Assembly: GCF_020745735.1 (NCBI RefSeq)
Contig: NC_083435.1
Location: 28,705,231 to 28,769,230, forward strand
DNA from: Hemiscyllium ocellatum
Lineage: Eukaryota
DNA: 64,000 nucleotides
Direction of reading: 5' to 3'
The position numbers and the translations under genes are program-made. Positions 38,367-52,800 of this stretch are shown here, in pieces. Under the pieces are notes generated by a model. It was not told the origin of the DNA and made no database searches. It saw only the letters and a program-made list of their open reading frames with translations. Position 1 is the first letter of the stretch. Every line of letters begins with the position of its first letter.

Positions 38367-39317
38367 GGTCTGAGTGGGATGTCTGGTTTGTGTACTTTAG
38401 GTAGTCCATTGAATCTGGGGGTGTTGTTGCTTACCAGTATCATTCTTTGTAGGTCAGCTTTGTTTATCTGTCCGTTTTTTTTTGTAGACACCTTAGTGTG
38501 TCATTTATTCTATTGGTGAGTTGTGGTGTGGGGTCAAATTCCTTCATTTGGTAGGTGATGGTATCTGCGAGTAGTTGTTGTGCTTTTTGGATATAATCTG
38601 ATTTATCTAGGATGACCATCATTCTGCCTTTATCTGCTGGTAGTATGATTATGTTCTTATCGTTTCTTAGTGATTTCAGTGCTTCCCTCTCCTTGGTGTT
38701 GAGGTTATGTGTTTGTCTTTTCCTTATCATCATAGGTACGACAGTTTGTCTCACTGTTTGTTGTGTCTCTTCTGTCAGTCCATTGTTCCTGAGTGTGCAT
38801 TCCAGTGCTGCTAGGAAATCTGCTGTCTTGGCATCCCTGTGGTTGTAGTTGAGTCCCTTGGCCAGTATTGTTCTTTCCATGTCTGTGGGAGAGGTTTTTA
38901 ACCCAGGTGTGTGTTGTAGTGTCCTCTTTGTTATGTGTTAGTTTGACGCTAGTAGCCACACACACAGACAACAAGCAACATGAATTCGACTGGGACAACA
39001 CCACTATCATAGGGCAAGCCAGACAGAGAACAGCCAGGGAATTCCTAGAGGCATGGCATTCATCCACAAACTCCATCAACAAACACATCGACCTGGACCG
39101 AATATATCAACCACTATAGCGAAAAGCTGAAACTGACAACAGGAAGTGGCAAGGACAGACCACTATAAATACTGGAAGAAACATCAAAGAAGCGCTTCGC
39201 AGGAGGCTCCACAGAACTGATGTGCCAGGGGACGAAACGTTTGCAACAAAAACTTCCAGCTCGGCGAACAGAACCACAACAACAAGCACCCGAGCAACAA
39301 ATCTTCGCACAAACTTT
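38367..39317. mobile_element. Penelope-like element fragment, two pieces in inverted orientation; unit B only
   Basis: Minus piece 38367-~38950: PADKG and PRFNGLPKVHKPDIPLRP. Plus piece ~38950-39317: GIY-YIG end (HEFDWDNTTIIGQARQRTAREFLEAWHS) and 3' UTR. Confidence 0.88.
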
Positions 39318-39739
39318 GATCAGTCGTCCTTGTTGAGCACAGATACATGGCCATGATCTGAGTCTATCAGGAAGGCAAATTTGGAGCAATGTGAACATTG
39401 CTTAAATCAGACTGTACCTTGGCAATAAGTGTACTTTTCAAAAAATGTCAGAACAAATGTAAATTTTCAACAATTTTTTTTATGTGTTTCAGTGTGAGAC
39501 CACTTCATTCAAACAAAGCATAACAAGATTTGATCGATCACGTCAGTTTTCAGCCTGAGATCTGACTTGTCCCATAGCAACATCAATTGAAATTAAAACG
39601 CATGTATAGCTGAGGATGTTTGCAAGAAAATTCCGCATGTTCTTCCGTTATTTGAAATCTGGAGAAGTATCTCATTCATACTAGGGAAACATTAGCAACT
39701 CATCTCCAATTTGTTCTCCATTGTTTTGCTTGTTAATTA

Positions 39740-40626
39740 TTAAATTTTAAATTTGACTGGATGTTTCACCATGCTCTTCAATTGTTCCCTGAACTTGGAC
39801 TGAGTCACCCCATAAATAAATGCATTTGAACAACAATTTAAACTGAGCAGCATAACTGCAACATCTGCAAAGATACGCATCGAATTATTGTAATATTCAG
39901 GACTAATTCCAGTAATGACAAAATACAAGAAATCTATAACATATAAAAGCCACAGGAGTATGAAGCTGCCAGATATGGTGAAGAGTTGCACCATAGACTT
40001 CCTTCTATTCTCCATCTCTGGGTCCCGGCAATTATGTCCTTTTCTCTGATCCCTCAGTGCCTTCCGGACTTGACTGGTCACTAATATGTATCTGACTGTC
40101 AGAGTGTTGAACAACAGAATTAAAGCATACGGGACTAATGTAGTAAGGATCTTATCAAACCAGTTAAATGCCACCCATGCAGGATCAGTGAAGAAGCTTG
40201 GCTTGAATCTGCAGAACCAGGGAATATTGTCAATTATTACTCTATGTTCAATGGTGAAGTAGAAGGAAATATCTTTCAAGCAGAGAAGAATGCAGATAGT
40301 TGTCTGAACCAGCACTGCAATTTTTCCACTGCAATATTTTGTTTTCAGCTTTTGGCAACAAATGGCCACAAATCGATCAAAGGAGCAAGTGACAGTAAGC
40401 CAGACTGAACATTCTGAGGATGCATAAATCAGGACAAAGTTAATATTACACACAGGGGTGATGTCGAGGAATGATTCTGGGAAATAATAGGATTTCATTC
40501 TCCTTAGTATAAATGCAGTGATAACAACCAGTAGATCCGCAGATGCCATGGCTATCAGATAACGAGTGGTGCAGGTGGAGAGTCCACACTTTCCTCGTGA
40601 TAGAATCAAAATTGCTAATAAATTAA
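39740..40626 (-). CDS. GPR139-like: GPR139-like GPCR copy 2, coding exon 2
   Basis: Acceptor ttctag|TTAAT intact; open 7TM frame about 91% identical in protein to copy 1; stop one codon earlier (AAA>TAA). Confidence 0.9.
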
Positions 40627-40788
40627 CTAGAAGACAGGCAGAAGAAACAAACTGGATATTACTGATAAATCATGATCTATGTTGACGTGGGAAGTCAAAC
40701 ATTTTATATGTAGAGTAATAGATTGGGAAGTGGAAAGAATAAATATTGATGGAAAAGAAAATCAAACATGAATTGAATTTTTCCACAT

Positions 40789-43680
40789 TATTATGGACTA
40801 AGCCAGACATCCTCAAAATATTTCACAAAGGTAGCCCAGACCCTAACTTTTCAAATTGTTTTAAGCAGGTGTAAAGTGGATATTCCAGGACTGATGCAGC
40901 TGGCCCAACCACTCAGTTTTACATATAACATAGTGTTAGCAAGTTTTGAGAAGATTTGAAATATAACATAATTTATTAAGTACTACTGAATGAAGCATGA
41001 ATAAAAGAAAACCAAACTTTGAATAAACATTGAAACTCTGAAAGCCCAAATGACTCTATTGCAATATTTCAAATATTTGCAACATCCTCACAAACAGCCC
41101 CTTGACAAAAAAAAGTAAAATCAAACACAAGTTCTTACAGGAGAGATATCAGAGAGAGAGAGGATCAGCATAGAGCTGGTTCTTTGGGTGCCAGCAGCTT
41201 ATTTTGGTTCCCAGCTAAAACTTGACAAGCAGCTGCAAACAAAACATCTTGCTAAGACTAAATCAAACCCTGAACTGGGGGAACTGGCCATTCCATTTCA
41301 TTGTGCAGTGTTTAAAAAAGAACACTGAAAAGCTTTCCGAAGAACGTATTTCCAGACATGTCAAAACCTCTGCATTTAGGACCCCTCTGAGAAAAAGGCA
41401 AGAACAACGTAATCTTGTTAAAGGAGTAAAATCATCACAATTCCCCCTTAAATAAAATGAACTATCAATATCCAAAGATGACTTCGTTTAAAACCCCTTA
41501 ATCTCATATTGTTAGTACATTACTAAACATATATACTTCACATTGACACCCACCATGCAAACATGCACTACTACATTCTATTTCAGTCCATTTATTCCTG
41601 CCACCGAATGCCTCTGTTTCTCAACCAAGGCTCAGCAGTGTGGCAACAATCACATTTTCTTGTCCTGCTGCATGTACAATTTTCAAATTGAATGCCTGTA
41701 ACAACAAGGTCCTTTAAACATTCTGAATATTTGTCCTTAAATTATTCAAAAAGCTTTAATGGATTTTAATCAATATATATGATTGTCTCAAATATATTAC
41801 TGGAAACATTAACATTGAAATGCTGTAATGCTAATGCCAAGATCAATGTCTCCTTCTAAACTGTCAAATATTTCTGCTGATGAACATCCAATTTTCTGGA
41901 GAAATAATCGACATGTTTTCTTCTATCTTTTCATCATCATCCTGCAATAGCACAGCACTGATACCCAAATCATTTGCATCGATAGCCACTTTGAATAGCT
42001 TTGCATAGATCTCAATGACTCCTGACAGTTCACTGTCATCTGAAACTTCTTGACTTGTTTATTAGTCATTCAGTGAGTGGAACAGCTACATGGCTAAATC
42101 TTTAAAATAATTTCCAATAAAATGCACTCAATCCCAGGAATCTGGGATTCACTTTTTTGTCAATGGTTTGTGGAACTCGTCAATTTATTTTGCTTTTGCA
42201 TTCCATGGGGTCATGTGTCCATGTCCAATAATACGACCCAGAAAGTTTACTTGGAGTTTGGCCAATTCACTCTTAGCCCGTTTTTAATCATCAAGCCTGC
42301 CTCCTGATGTCAATTGAACAATTCTGATAAATGTTGCAAATACTTTTTGCATGTGCGAGTAAAAAAGTCACCAAGTTATCAATATAAAGTAAACAATTGG
42401 TTAATCCAGACGTGAACTTATTGGTTAGTTTCTTGAATGTGGCTGGTTCATTTTTCAAAACAAATAGTATGACTTTAAATTGATGGAATCCATTTGACAT
42501 CGCGAAAGCTGAAATTGACTGCACTCTTTGGAGCCTCTGAGTAAGTCCAATTTCGAAATAAATGTTGCTTGATCCACCTTTTCAACACAGTCTTCCAAAC
42601 ATGGAGTCTGGGATGCATCACTCTTTGTAACACATTGACTTTGTGACAGCTAAACCTTGACCACCAGCAACAAACTAAACAACTTGTTACAACCAAACCA
42701 AACCTAACCCTGAACTCAGAGAACTAGCTATTCCCCTTTCAATGTGCAAGAGCTTAATTGCCACAGAGAGGTCAGAGAGGGGGGCAGAAAGAGAGGGAGA
42801 GAGAGGGGTGATCATCATAGAACTGCTTCTGTAATTGTCTAAGCATATTTATTCATCTTTCTTAAGTACAGGAATTATTTTATCTCTGTGTTAGACCTCT
42901 ATGCTATATGTTGTTAAATATGTGAAGCATTATAACTGCTACATTTTGTCTAGATTCCTTTCACCTGTAACTTGTGAAAACTACAGTCTTTATTTACTCT
43001 TTTAGTTAGTTTATTTTATTCCAATATAACCTCGTTTTATCTATAATACCCTTAACTCATTGCTAGTCTTATCATTCATTGACATGATCATGTATCTTTA
43101 GTTCTCTGATACATTCCATGGGCAAACAAACGATCCTTTAGTATGTCTGCTAGCTCTCTATCTTGAACTGTCTATCCAGCATTAAACCTGTTTCTGTTAT
43201 AGTACTACTTTTGTATATCTGTTTCATAATTTTTGTTTTAGAGTAATTGTCTGATAATTTGTATTCACAGATCATCTTTTTCTAACTTGATTAATTGATT
43301 TAAATCTCTAATGTCCCCTTTGTATGATCGCTTACCATACACTCTAGAATAATGAAATTCATGCTTCTCTTGACTAACCCGCAATTGTCCTACTGCATTC
43401 TCAGGACTTCCAAACACAGAGTTTTGGATTAGCTACATGATCCACTTTCTTAGGGTCTGATCTTGAGTTGCTACCAGAGACATTTCCTTTTACTCATCTC
43501 GGGTATCGTCTGGAATTAATAATGAAATGAAGAAACCTCTGGCTGACAGGATTAGTCATGTAGCCCAGGCAAACTCATTTTTTACCTTATTCAAATGTTA
43601 ATATTGTCGTAATATTTTGGGGTGCAGTTGTTTGTCTGCCTTTTCCCCAATTCTAAACGTTGATGTTGTGATGCTGCTGC
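40789..43680 (-). mobile_element. Unit B copy of the Gypsy element (LTR 40789-41439, pol relic ~41600-42640)
   Basis: Colinear with 5568-8480; ORF FKVILFVLKNEPATF...LYIDNL at 42291-42524. Confidence 0.8.
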
Positions 43681-44389
43681 TCATTTCAGTACAAATTCCA
43701 GACAAAGATATCCGAGATGAGTAATAGGTAGTGAGTCCAGCAGCAACCCAAGATCAGATCCTTAGAAAGTGGATTAAGTGGCTAATCCAAAACTCTGTGC
43801 TTGGACGTCCTGGGGAAACAGGTGAACAATTGAGGGTTAGTCAAGAGAAACATGAAGCTCATTATTCTAGGGTGTCTGGTAAGAGATAATACAAAGGGGA
43901 AAATTAGAGATTTAGATCAATTTTTCAAGTTGGAAAAAAGAGGATCTGTGAATTCAAATTATTAAACAATTACTATAAAGCAAAAAATCTATAAACAGAC
44001 AGACAAATGTAGCACTATAACAGAAATAGGTTTAATGCTGGATAGACAGTTCAAGATAGAGAGCTGGCAGACATACTAAAAGATCGTTTGTTTGACCTTG
44101 GAATGTACGAGAGACCTAAAGATATATGATCATATTAATGAATAACAAGACCAACAATGAGATAATGTTATTATAATTAAAAAGTGGATATATTGGAAGA
44201 AAATATGCAAACTAAATGTGGAAATAAAGACTGTGGTTTTCACAACTTACAGTTGAAAAGAATCTAGACAAAATGTAGCAGTTATAATGCTTCACATACT
44301 GAACAAGATATAGCATAGAGGAATAATACACAGATAAAATAATTCCTGTACTTAAGAAAGAGGAATAAAAATGCTTAGAGAATTACAGA
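42828..44389. repeat. Unit B copy of the inverted repeat, with the centre deleted
   Basis: Same arms; the junction gatgctgctgc|tcatttcagtac at 43680/43681 removes ~440 bp (equivalent of ~8480-8918). Confidence 0.88.
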
Positions 44390-46782
44390 CCAGTGGGCCT
44401 AATTTTGATGAAAATGAAAATAATGGAATTCATAAGGAATGAAATGAAGAATATCTAAAAATAGGAATTATTACAATTAATAACATGACTTTCAAAAGTG
44501 AGAGCCCAACTTATCTGTCGAAGCATAGAAAAAGGAGCAGAAGTAGGCCATTCGGACCTTAGAGCCTACAACGTCATTCAATATGGTCATGACTTTCATC
44601 CAACTCAGTATCTTGCTTGTGCTTTCTCCCTTTCCTTTTGATCACTTCAGTCCTAAGAAATATACGTAACTTCTTCTTGCAATCATTCAATTTCAGTAAG
44701 ATTTTCTACTAGTAACTGAATTAAAGGCAACTTATGGTCATTTACCTACAACAATTTACTGTTGGATTTTTTAAAAAGGAACTTGGTATTTTCCCCACTC
44801 CAATGTAAGACTGACTAATTCCCTGTTTTTTCTCTCTCTCTATATATTTAATATCTAGAAGGTTTACATTAATCTTGAACCTTGGTTAACCTCGAATTCA
44901 TTGGAACTATTCCAGAGTCAATAGAACTTTGAAAGATGACCACCAATGCATTGAACATTTCTGTGACCACTTCCTTAAGCATTCTTTGATGTATATCAAC
45001 AGGGTCCGGAGATTCATTGCTCTTTAATTCCATCAATTAACCTAACAACATTTCCCTACTAAAACTGACTTTCTTCAGTGCGTACTTCTCATTAGGCGCT
45101 GTGCTCCACAACGTTTTTGGGAGTTTATTTGAAGATTCTTCATAAAGGCAGGATCAAAGTCTGTACTTAATTGGTCTGCCATCTCTTCATTACCAATTAT
45201 AACTTCTTCTCAATTTCGCTGTCAGGGGCTTCCATTTGCGATCACTTAATTTTGTTTTTCTGTTCACATATCTATAGATGTTTTTACACTTTGTATGAAT
45301 GTTCCCAAAATGTTTGCTCCTGTACTATATTATCCTCCATCTTAATAAAATGATAATACAATAAGGATAGGTATAAGTATAGGCTGTTTGGTCCCTCAAA
45401 CGTGTTGAACCATTCAACAGGATCATGGCTAATCTGGCTTTCCTCATGTCCATTTTTCTATCAAATCCCTTAACTCTTAACTCTCATACTGATAAAGACA
45501 ACTTATCTTTAAATATCCATAAGGACTCTCCCAACATAGCATTCAGTTGCTTGTCTGACCAAAACTTTTTGTTAAAACAGTGACGGAGATAACTGAAGAT
45601 ATGACTTATCTGGGTTTTTTTAAAATCATCCTTGGTTTTGTGCACAAGAGTGGATGAATGAGTGAAATGAGGGAAAGTGGAGTCTCGGGGCAAATGGCAG
45701 ATCAGGATGGAATCATTGTTTTTCACAATATACATTAATGATCAGGCAGTGCATGCAAAAATTAAAGGGTGGAGGATTAAGGTCAGAGGGACAAGTTATA
45801 AAAGGGACCAAGGAGACAACTGTATCGTGCACAGGCTTGTGCATATATGGAATGAGCTGACAGAGGAAGTGTGGAGGCGTGTAAAATTACAACAACTAAA
45901 AGGCACCTGGATGGATAGTTGAACAGTAAAAGTTTACAGGGACATTGTCAAAGTACTGGCAAATTGCATTAGATTAATTTAGGGTATCTGGTCAGCATGG
46001 ATGAGGCGGATCCAAAAGTCGGATTCTGTGCTGAACAACTGTATGTCTCTATGACTCTAATGGTTTTGATACTGGAATCAAGAACTCAGTTTATAAATTT
46101 GCAGCTGACAAATAATTAAGGGGAAGCAAGGCAGAGAGCTGAGTAGGTGGCCATGACAGCAGGCATTAATGAGAAAGGCAGCAAGGAGCCTTGAAAGAAG
46201 AAATAATATTCACTTTGTTTGGAACAAATTGCCACTTTCATTGCGCTGTATGTCTAATGTAATCAATATTTACTTTGAAAGCATTGTCAACAGCAAAATG
46301 CTTACCCTTTGCTGTTGATTATGTCTGAAAAGGAAGGCGGCAGTTTCATTGAGAAAGACGAAATGCAAACAAAACAAAGAGAACAATTCCAGGGACTGAC
46401 CAATTCCAATACTGACTCTCTGCGTGTCTCCTGTACTGATCACTGACGCGGCTGTACATAATGTACCATAAAGGAAACAAATTGAAGACAATCAATGAGA
46501 CTGAGAGTTATGAACATGTGTATTGTCTCTCTAAACAAATGAACAAAACTGGAAATGTAATTCAGGATGTTTAAATTAAAAAAAAATGTCACTGATCCAG
46601 ACCTGATCAGATAAAAAGCATAATTATTAATCAAGACAAAATTGACGCAATGATTCCCTATCACTGATTTACAGATTGCAACTCTCAGACAAAAATTGCC
46701 AGAAACTGCAAAAAAGGAATAAAGAAATCCTTTTTCACTCCAGGAACTGACTCACTCTCCGAAAAACGCAAGCGATACTTAC

Positions 46783-46831
46783 CAGAAAGAATTGTGTAGT
46801 ATGCTTTCTTGATGCTGAAAAATGCTTCCAT
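46783..46831 (-). CDS. GPR139-like: GPR139-like GPCR copy 2, coding exon 1 with 15-bp in-frame deletion (MEAFFSIKKAYYTILS)
   Basis: ATG at 46831, 49 nt ending CTT TCT G|gtaagt; AIIGVP of copy 1 is replaced by a single S; spliced product 311 aa. Confidence 0.82.
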
Positions 46832-49800
46832 ATTTTTCTTTGTGATGTGATCTGTCCCTTGATGCTGCCGGCTATCCCTTTAAATTGGACTCTAAAGCAA
46901 TATATTGGTAAAACCTTCTACTTTTAATCTTTGGCACCTCCGTAGGGAAATTCACATTACGGGATTGCTCAATATAGTTTCGTTAGTGACAATGAGAACC
47001 TGGTAATTATTTTAAATCATTATAATTTCACGTATTACTTGTTTGTGAGATTGAATAAGCGAATCAATTTTCATTTCATGAATTTTTTGGCTGAAATTGC
47101 AAGCTGTAATCCACTAGTGATGGTATTAATCAGCTCTTCAGTGTGCACAAGCGACCAAAATTTAATGAAATCTGATAAATTGTAAGGATTTGGGACTCAA
47201 GATAAGAGCGGATTTGAAGATTTGAGACAAAGCTTGACCAAAATTTGACAGAGTAGAAATTAAAAACATAACTGAGGCCTGAGAGAGAGAAATATTTCGG
47301 GGAAAAGAAGTTCTTTTGCTACAGGAGCAAGGAATCTGTTTGTACTATTAAATGACGTCAGTTATGCAGGAAAATGTGACACGAAATGAAAATAAAAGAA
47401 ATGGTTGATGTGAGGATTCAGAACAGGAGTGAGCCGATAGACCGAGCGAATTGTTTTTTAATATTCAGTAATAGAATATGGACGTCACTGGCCAGCCCAG
47501 TGTTTAGTACCCATTCCTCATCATCCAGAGGGCTGTTGAGAATCAATCATATTGCTGTTGTACCAGAGTCACATGTTGGCCAGATGGGTAACGATGGCCA
47601 AGATCCTAAATACAAAATGGTTTTAGATTTAAAGTTCATTAGTAAATCAGAAGGGTTTTTCCCACACTCGGAATAGACACCCAGGCATATATAAGTCTCT
47701 GGGGTGTATTGAGTTTGCAGAATTATATTTGCAGATACATTCTTTTTTGCTCAAAAGGAGCACAGTCTGAAGGTAGTCAATGCAGGCAGTCCATTCATGT
47801 AATATTTTATGAATTCCAATTTTGGAAATAGCACACGTCTGATTCAAAATTGGGTTACATACAGACGGACTCTAACATCACAGCTTTAATGCATTGTCTG
47901 AGCTGAAATGTCAGTTTAAAAAAAAATAAAACTTTGCTTTCTTGAGAATGCGACTAAAAAGAAGTTCTGGGATTTACATATTAATGAATTGAAACCTGAA
48001 ACCCATTCCAAAAGACGAAAACTTAACAGCAGTCTAGATTTGTTCAATATAGCATTTCGGTTGCATGACACTGTCATCTTTTGTGAAAAATTCTGCGTCT
48101 TTTGATCCTTTTTCAAAGTTACCAAATGAAGGATCAGCAGTCCAAAAGGTAGTGCTTCCAAATAAACCCGTTGGATGAAAACTTAGTGTTGTGTAATTTT
48201 TAACTGTGTACACCCCAGTCCAACATCGGCACCTCTGCATGATGGATAAAAGTGCATTGAATTACCATCACAGACAAAATAAGCACTCCCTCATTACTTA
48301 ACTTCTGACAGTGCGGCACTCCCTCAGTACTGACTCTCTGAACTTTCAGCACTCCCTCAGCATTGACCCTATGACGCACTCCCTCAGTACTGTCCCTCTG
48401 AAAATGTAACATTCCCTCTGTATTGACGCTCTGACAGTGCTGCACTCCTTCAGTACTGACTCTCTGTCAGTGCAACACTCCCTCAGCACTGACCTTCTGA
48501 TCGTGCAGCACTCGCTCAGTATTGGTCCTCTGACAATGCATCAATCAATTACCACTGACCTACTAACAGTGCAGCACTCCCTCAGTACTGAACATCGGAC
48601 AATACAGCAATCTGTTACTACTGATGACATAACAGTGTTAGCGTTGCCTCAACATTGACGTTCTCATAATTCACGATTCCTCAGTGTTCTACTTCTGTTA
48701 ATGCAATACTTCCCAATGAGGTTCTTGTGACAGAGTAACCCTGCCCAAGGAGTATTGTGAGAAAGTGAGGACTGCAGATGATGGAGACCAGAGTTACAAA
48801 ATGTGGTGCTGGAAAAAAACAAAAGGCCAGACAGTATCTGAGGAGCAGGAGAATCGATGTATCGGGCATAAGCCCTTCTTCAGGAAGGAGATTCCAAGGA
48901 GTACTGTGAGGAGTTTTGCTCCTGTTAGTTCAGCAAAGATGTCACTTCGCTGGAGGCCAATGCAAAGAAGATTCAGTGGAATAATCGCTTTTGACAAAAA
49001 AAGTCTAAACTCTAGAAAGTGGATTTTAGAAGAACGAGAGGTAATTTCATTAAACATGTCTGATTTTTAATGACATAACATGGTAAATGTTAAATGGATG
49101 GTTCCCCGCATGGAAGAGTCTAGGAGTACAGGGCGGAGTCTCAGAATAAGGCAAAGCAAATCTGAGACTCAGATGAGGACAAACTTCTTCCCGAGGAGAA
49201 TTGTGATTGCTTGGATCACCATTCTGCAGATAACTACGGGGCAGTGTCCTTATTTATATTTCAATTTAGGATAGAGAGATTCATGATCAATCAGGGAACA
49301 GGGCTTATAGGGAAAGTGCAGGAAAGTTGAAGTGAGAAATATTGGTTTGCTCATTTTGTTAATGAATGGTTGTGAGGTTTATGCGCCAAATGGCCTACAC
49401 TTATTCCTGTTTCTCATTCTCTTAAAACTGATAGTAACAGGCTCCACTATTAATATTAATTCTGCATCTAGTGACAGCATGTTAATGGGCATTACATTTG
49501 CTGAAATAAGTATGTCTTACTATATTTCAAAAATGATTTTCTTATTTCAGTTTTAATTCTGGTAAAGTACGAATACATTTCTGACCACATGGAATAGGGA
49601 TAATCTCTGAGTCATAGAAATTGACAACATAGAAGGATACCATTCAACCACTGTCAAAGTGTTACGCTGCCTCATTTCCACTTCTCAGCACTTGGTGCTT
49701 AGCTTGGAAATTTAGGACATTTCAAGTGCATATTCGGATGCTTGCCTTTGTCATCCTTCATGCTGAAATTTCTAGACTTCCAAGATGCTCTCTTTGCAAA

Positions 49801-52800
49801 CATCTTTCTCTATTCCCCTTTAATCCCCCTGATTGCTGATAACAATTTGTTAAAGGATATCTGTCTTTGTCTCCATTCATTCTACATTACCAGGAATTGC
49901 ACTCAACTCCATCAAATTTCTCTGCAGCATCTTCTGTTCCATACAAAATCTGAAAACCTTATCCTCCCCTTTTGAATATGCTTCGGCCCTGGTGAGTCCT
50001 CATGAATCTCCACTACACTCACTCCCATATTAGCACATCACTCCCATGCCAGGCACTGTGTGCAGAATCTATGGTCCAGCTCTTAGTTCATTTTGCTGTT
50101 GCATTAAATTCCTGCTGTCTGCAGGCAGTCCCCAGCTGATGAACAAGTTCCAGAGTATTTATGTAAGTCAATAAGTTGGAAACAATATGGTACTGTGAAA
50201 GTACATGTGAACATTGACATGCCATCCCCTTCAACTTCTGAGTAACATAGGATATCTTGGAAGTAAGATCACAAATTCCGTATTCATAAGTCAATCATGA
50301 GCTGGAAAGGTTCTACCCATGGATTTTAATTATCTTCACTAGCAATAGTTGATAAGCTGTTATATGACCCATCATGCGGTCATACGTATTTATTTTCATG
50401 CAGTCATCAATCTCATTCCATTCTAAGATATTTTCCTCAATACCATTCCCCTATACTTCTCCCAAGGCTGAAATTCTGTACAAAACTTCTATTGTGGGAT
50501 TGCATTAAATCCTTGTTGAAAATCCAATCACAGAAAAAGCATGTGCCTGTCTCTACCCGCTGTATCAACTTTAAAATATGTACAAATTTATCTGGTATTA
50601 TCCTTCTAACAAATGTATAGATTTAAACTTTTAGGCTGGCTCTCAAATCATCCACAGGCTTCTTCTCACATTCTGCAGCTCTTTCCGAATTTTTGTTTTT
50701 ATTCTCCCTATTTCTACCAATCTGAGGGATTTGCCTTATGCTACGCTTTTATTCTAGTTCTTTCTTTAGCTTTGATTCGGTGTCATACTCATATAGGTAA
50801 TGCTAAGTATTTGTTGGTAATCTATTGGTGAAAACCCTGTTAAGAAATAAAGAGCATTATGCTGAAGGAAGATGATACTTTTGTACGTCCACACGAGTTG
50901 ATGGCAAAGGATAATTACTCTGTTTCTCAGGTGCCAGCCATTTTCTGATTCATTATTAAGGACAATGTAATGATTAAATCGGGGCACCATTTCTGATTGA
51001 TCAGTTAATCAAGGTTTGGCAGTTAATTGACAGTATCTGCTAACTGGTGCACTTTCCATGGCCAAACCTCCACCAATCAAAGTCCAGTTACTTAATAACA
51101 ATCCCGTCATCCCTTGGCTAGTCCTGTTAGAATTTTATACATTTCTATGAGATCTCTCCTCATTCTTCTAAATTCTTGTGTAATTAGCTCAACCTGATGC
51201 AGTCTCTCTTCAGAGCGATTCCTCATGTGTAAGAATTCAAACCTCGACGCCATAAATGCAAAACATTATAAATAGATGCCTTGGAGGTCATCAGGAGCAG
51301 ACTTGTCGGGTGGTTCCAACGTGGAGCTAGCTTCCATGGGGAGTTGATTAGGCAAGTTGTTTAAAAGATTTCAAAGAAAAACAAGGGAATGTTTATTTGG
51401 AAAAGGAGAGGGATTGATGAACTGAATAATTGCGATGAAGTCAATGGAATGAAGTTAGTTCTATAAGCAGAATTAAGTTCAGGACAGACCAGATTGTTTA
51501 CCTCGCCATTTCTCTTCTCGACATTGTCTATTAAATAAAATTCTCTGTATCTGTATCTGTCGAGGAAGATCCAAATTTTGAAGTTGCAAAATACCTGCTC
51601 CGCTCTACAGCTGAGCTAACTCATAATAGAACACCTCAAATATAATGCAGTGATCTAGTAGCAATGCCTGGCAGGAAATATTGGTTTGCAGCATAGTTAT
51701 GACATTGTCACAGCACACATGACAAGTGAATCAACTGTTGCTATGCACAGCGGATAGTCAGAGGATCAAATGTTGAGACTCCCAGTAACTGTTTTCCTTT
51801 TGTCTGCATTGATGTCTATTACTGAAAATGTGTTGCTGGAAAAGAGAAGCAGGTCAGGCAGCATCCAAGGAGCTGGAGAATCGACGTTTCGGAAAAACGG
51901 TACACAATATTCCATTAAAGGAACAGACCTGTGAGATTTACTTTCATTGGAATGAAATAGAAGGGATCACTTGGGGCAATTGATTGAAAAAAAAATGGAG
52001 AACTAATCTGTATTGTGAGCGGCACGGTGACACAGTGGTTAGCACTGCTAATCACGGTTTTCGTGACCCGGGTTCAATTCCCTCCTCAGGCGACTCTCTG
52101 TGCGTAGTTTGCACATCCTCCCACAGTCCAAAGATGTGCAGTTCAGGTGAATTGGCAATGCTAAATTGCCCGTAGAGTTAGGTGAAGGGGTAAATGTAGG
52201 GGAATGGGTTTGAGTGGGTCGCATTTCGGCGAGTCGGGGTGGAGTTGTTGGACTGAATGGCCTGTTTCCAAACTGGAAGTAATCTGATGTAATCATTATG
52301 TGTATCAAGGCTATGCGTAGATCAGCAAGTAATACAGAAAAAAAGCAGCGACCTTGGTATTCTTCCTCACACATGCATTACATACGTTTACGCAATTTTG
52401 AAGTCAGTCGCTAACGAGGAGCGCCAAAGTAAGCAAGAATTGTTCAGTGTATCTTCCTGACATGATGTGATGGTTTTACGCTAATCTCATCCCATAAGCA
52501 GTTTTTTTTTTCTGTCTGCCTGCAGATAGTATGATGAATAAACTGCTGTCTCTACTTACAAGCAAATCTCAGGTGAGATTCTCCAGTTTATTTAGTTTCT
52601 AAATTGGAGATACCCTGAACTTTTAAGCTCTTTGAATGCCATCATTCAGACAACATTATATTCAGCGAGGCCTCCCACTGCTTCAGTGACACCATTTTAC
52701 TCGGATTGAGCAGTTAAGTGCCAAATTTGAAGTATTTCTTGAATGTCCAATAACATTTTGATACGCAGCTTCCCTCTATAACTATAGCCAATCAGATAAA

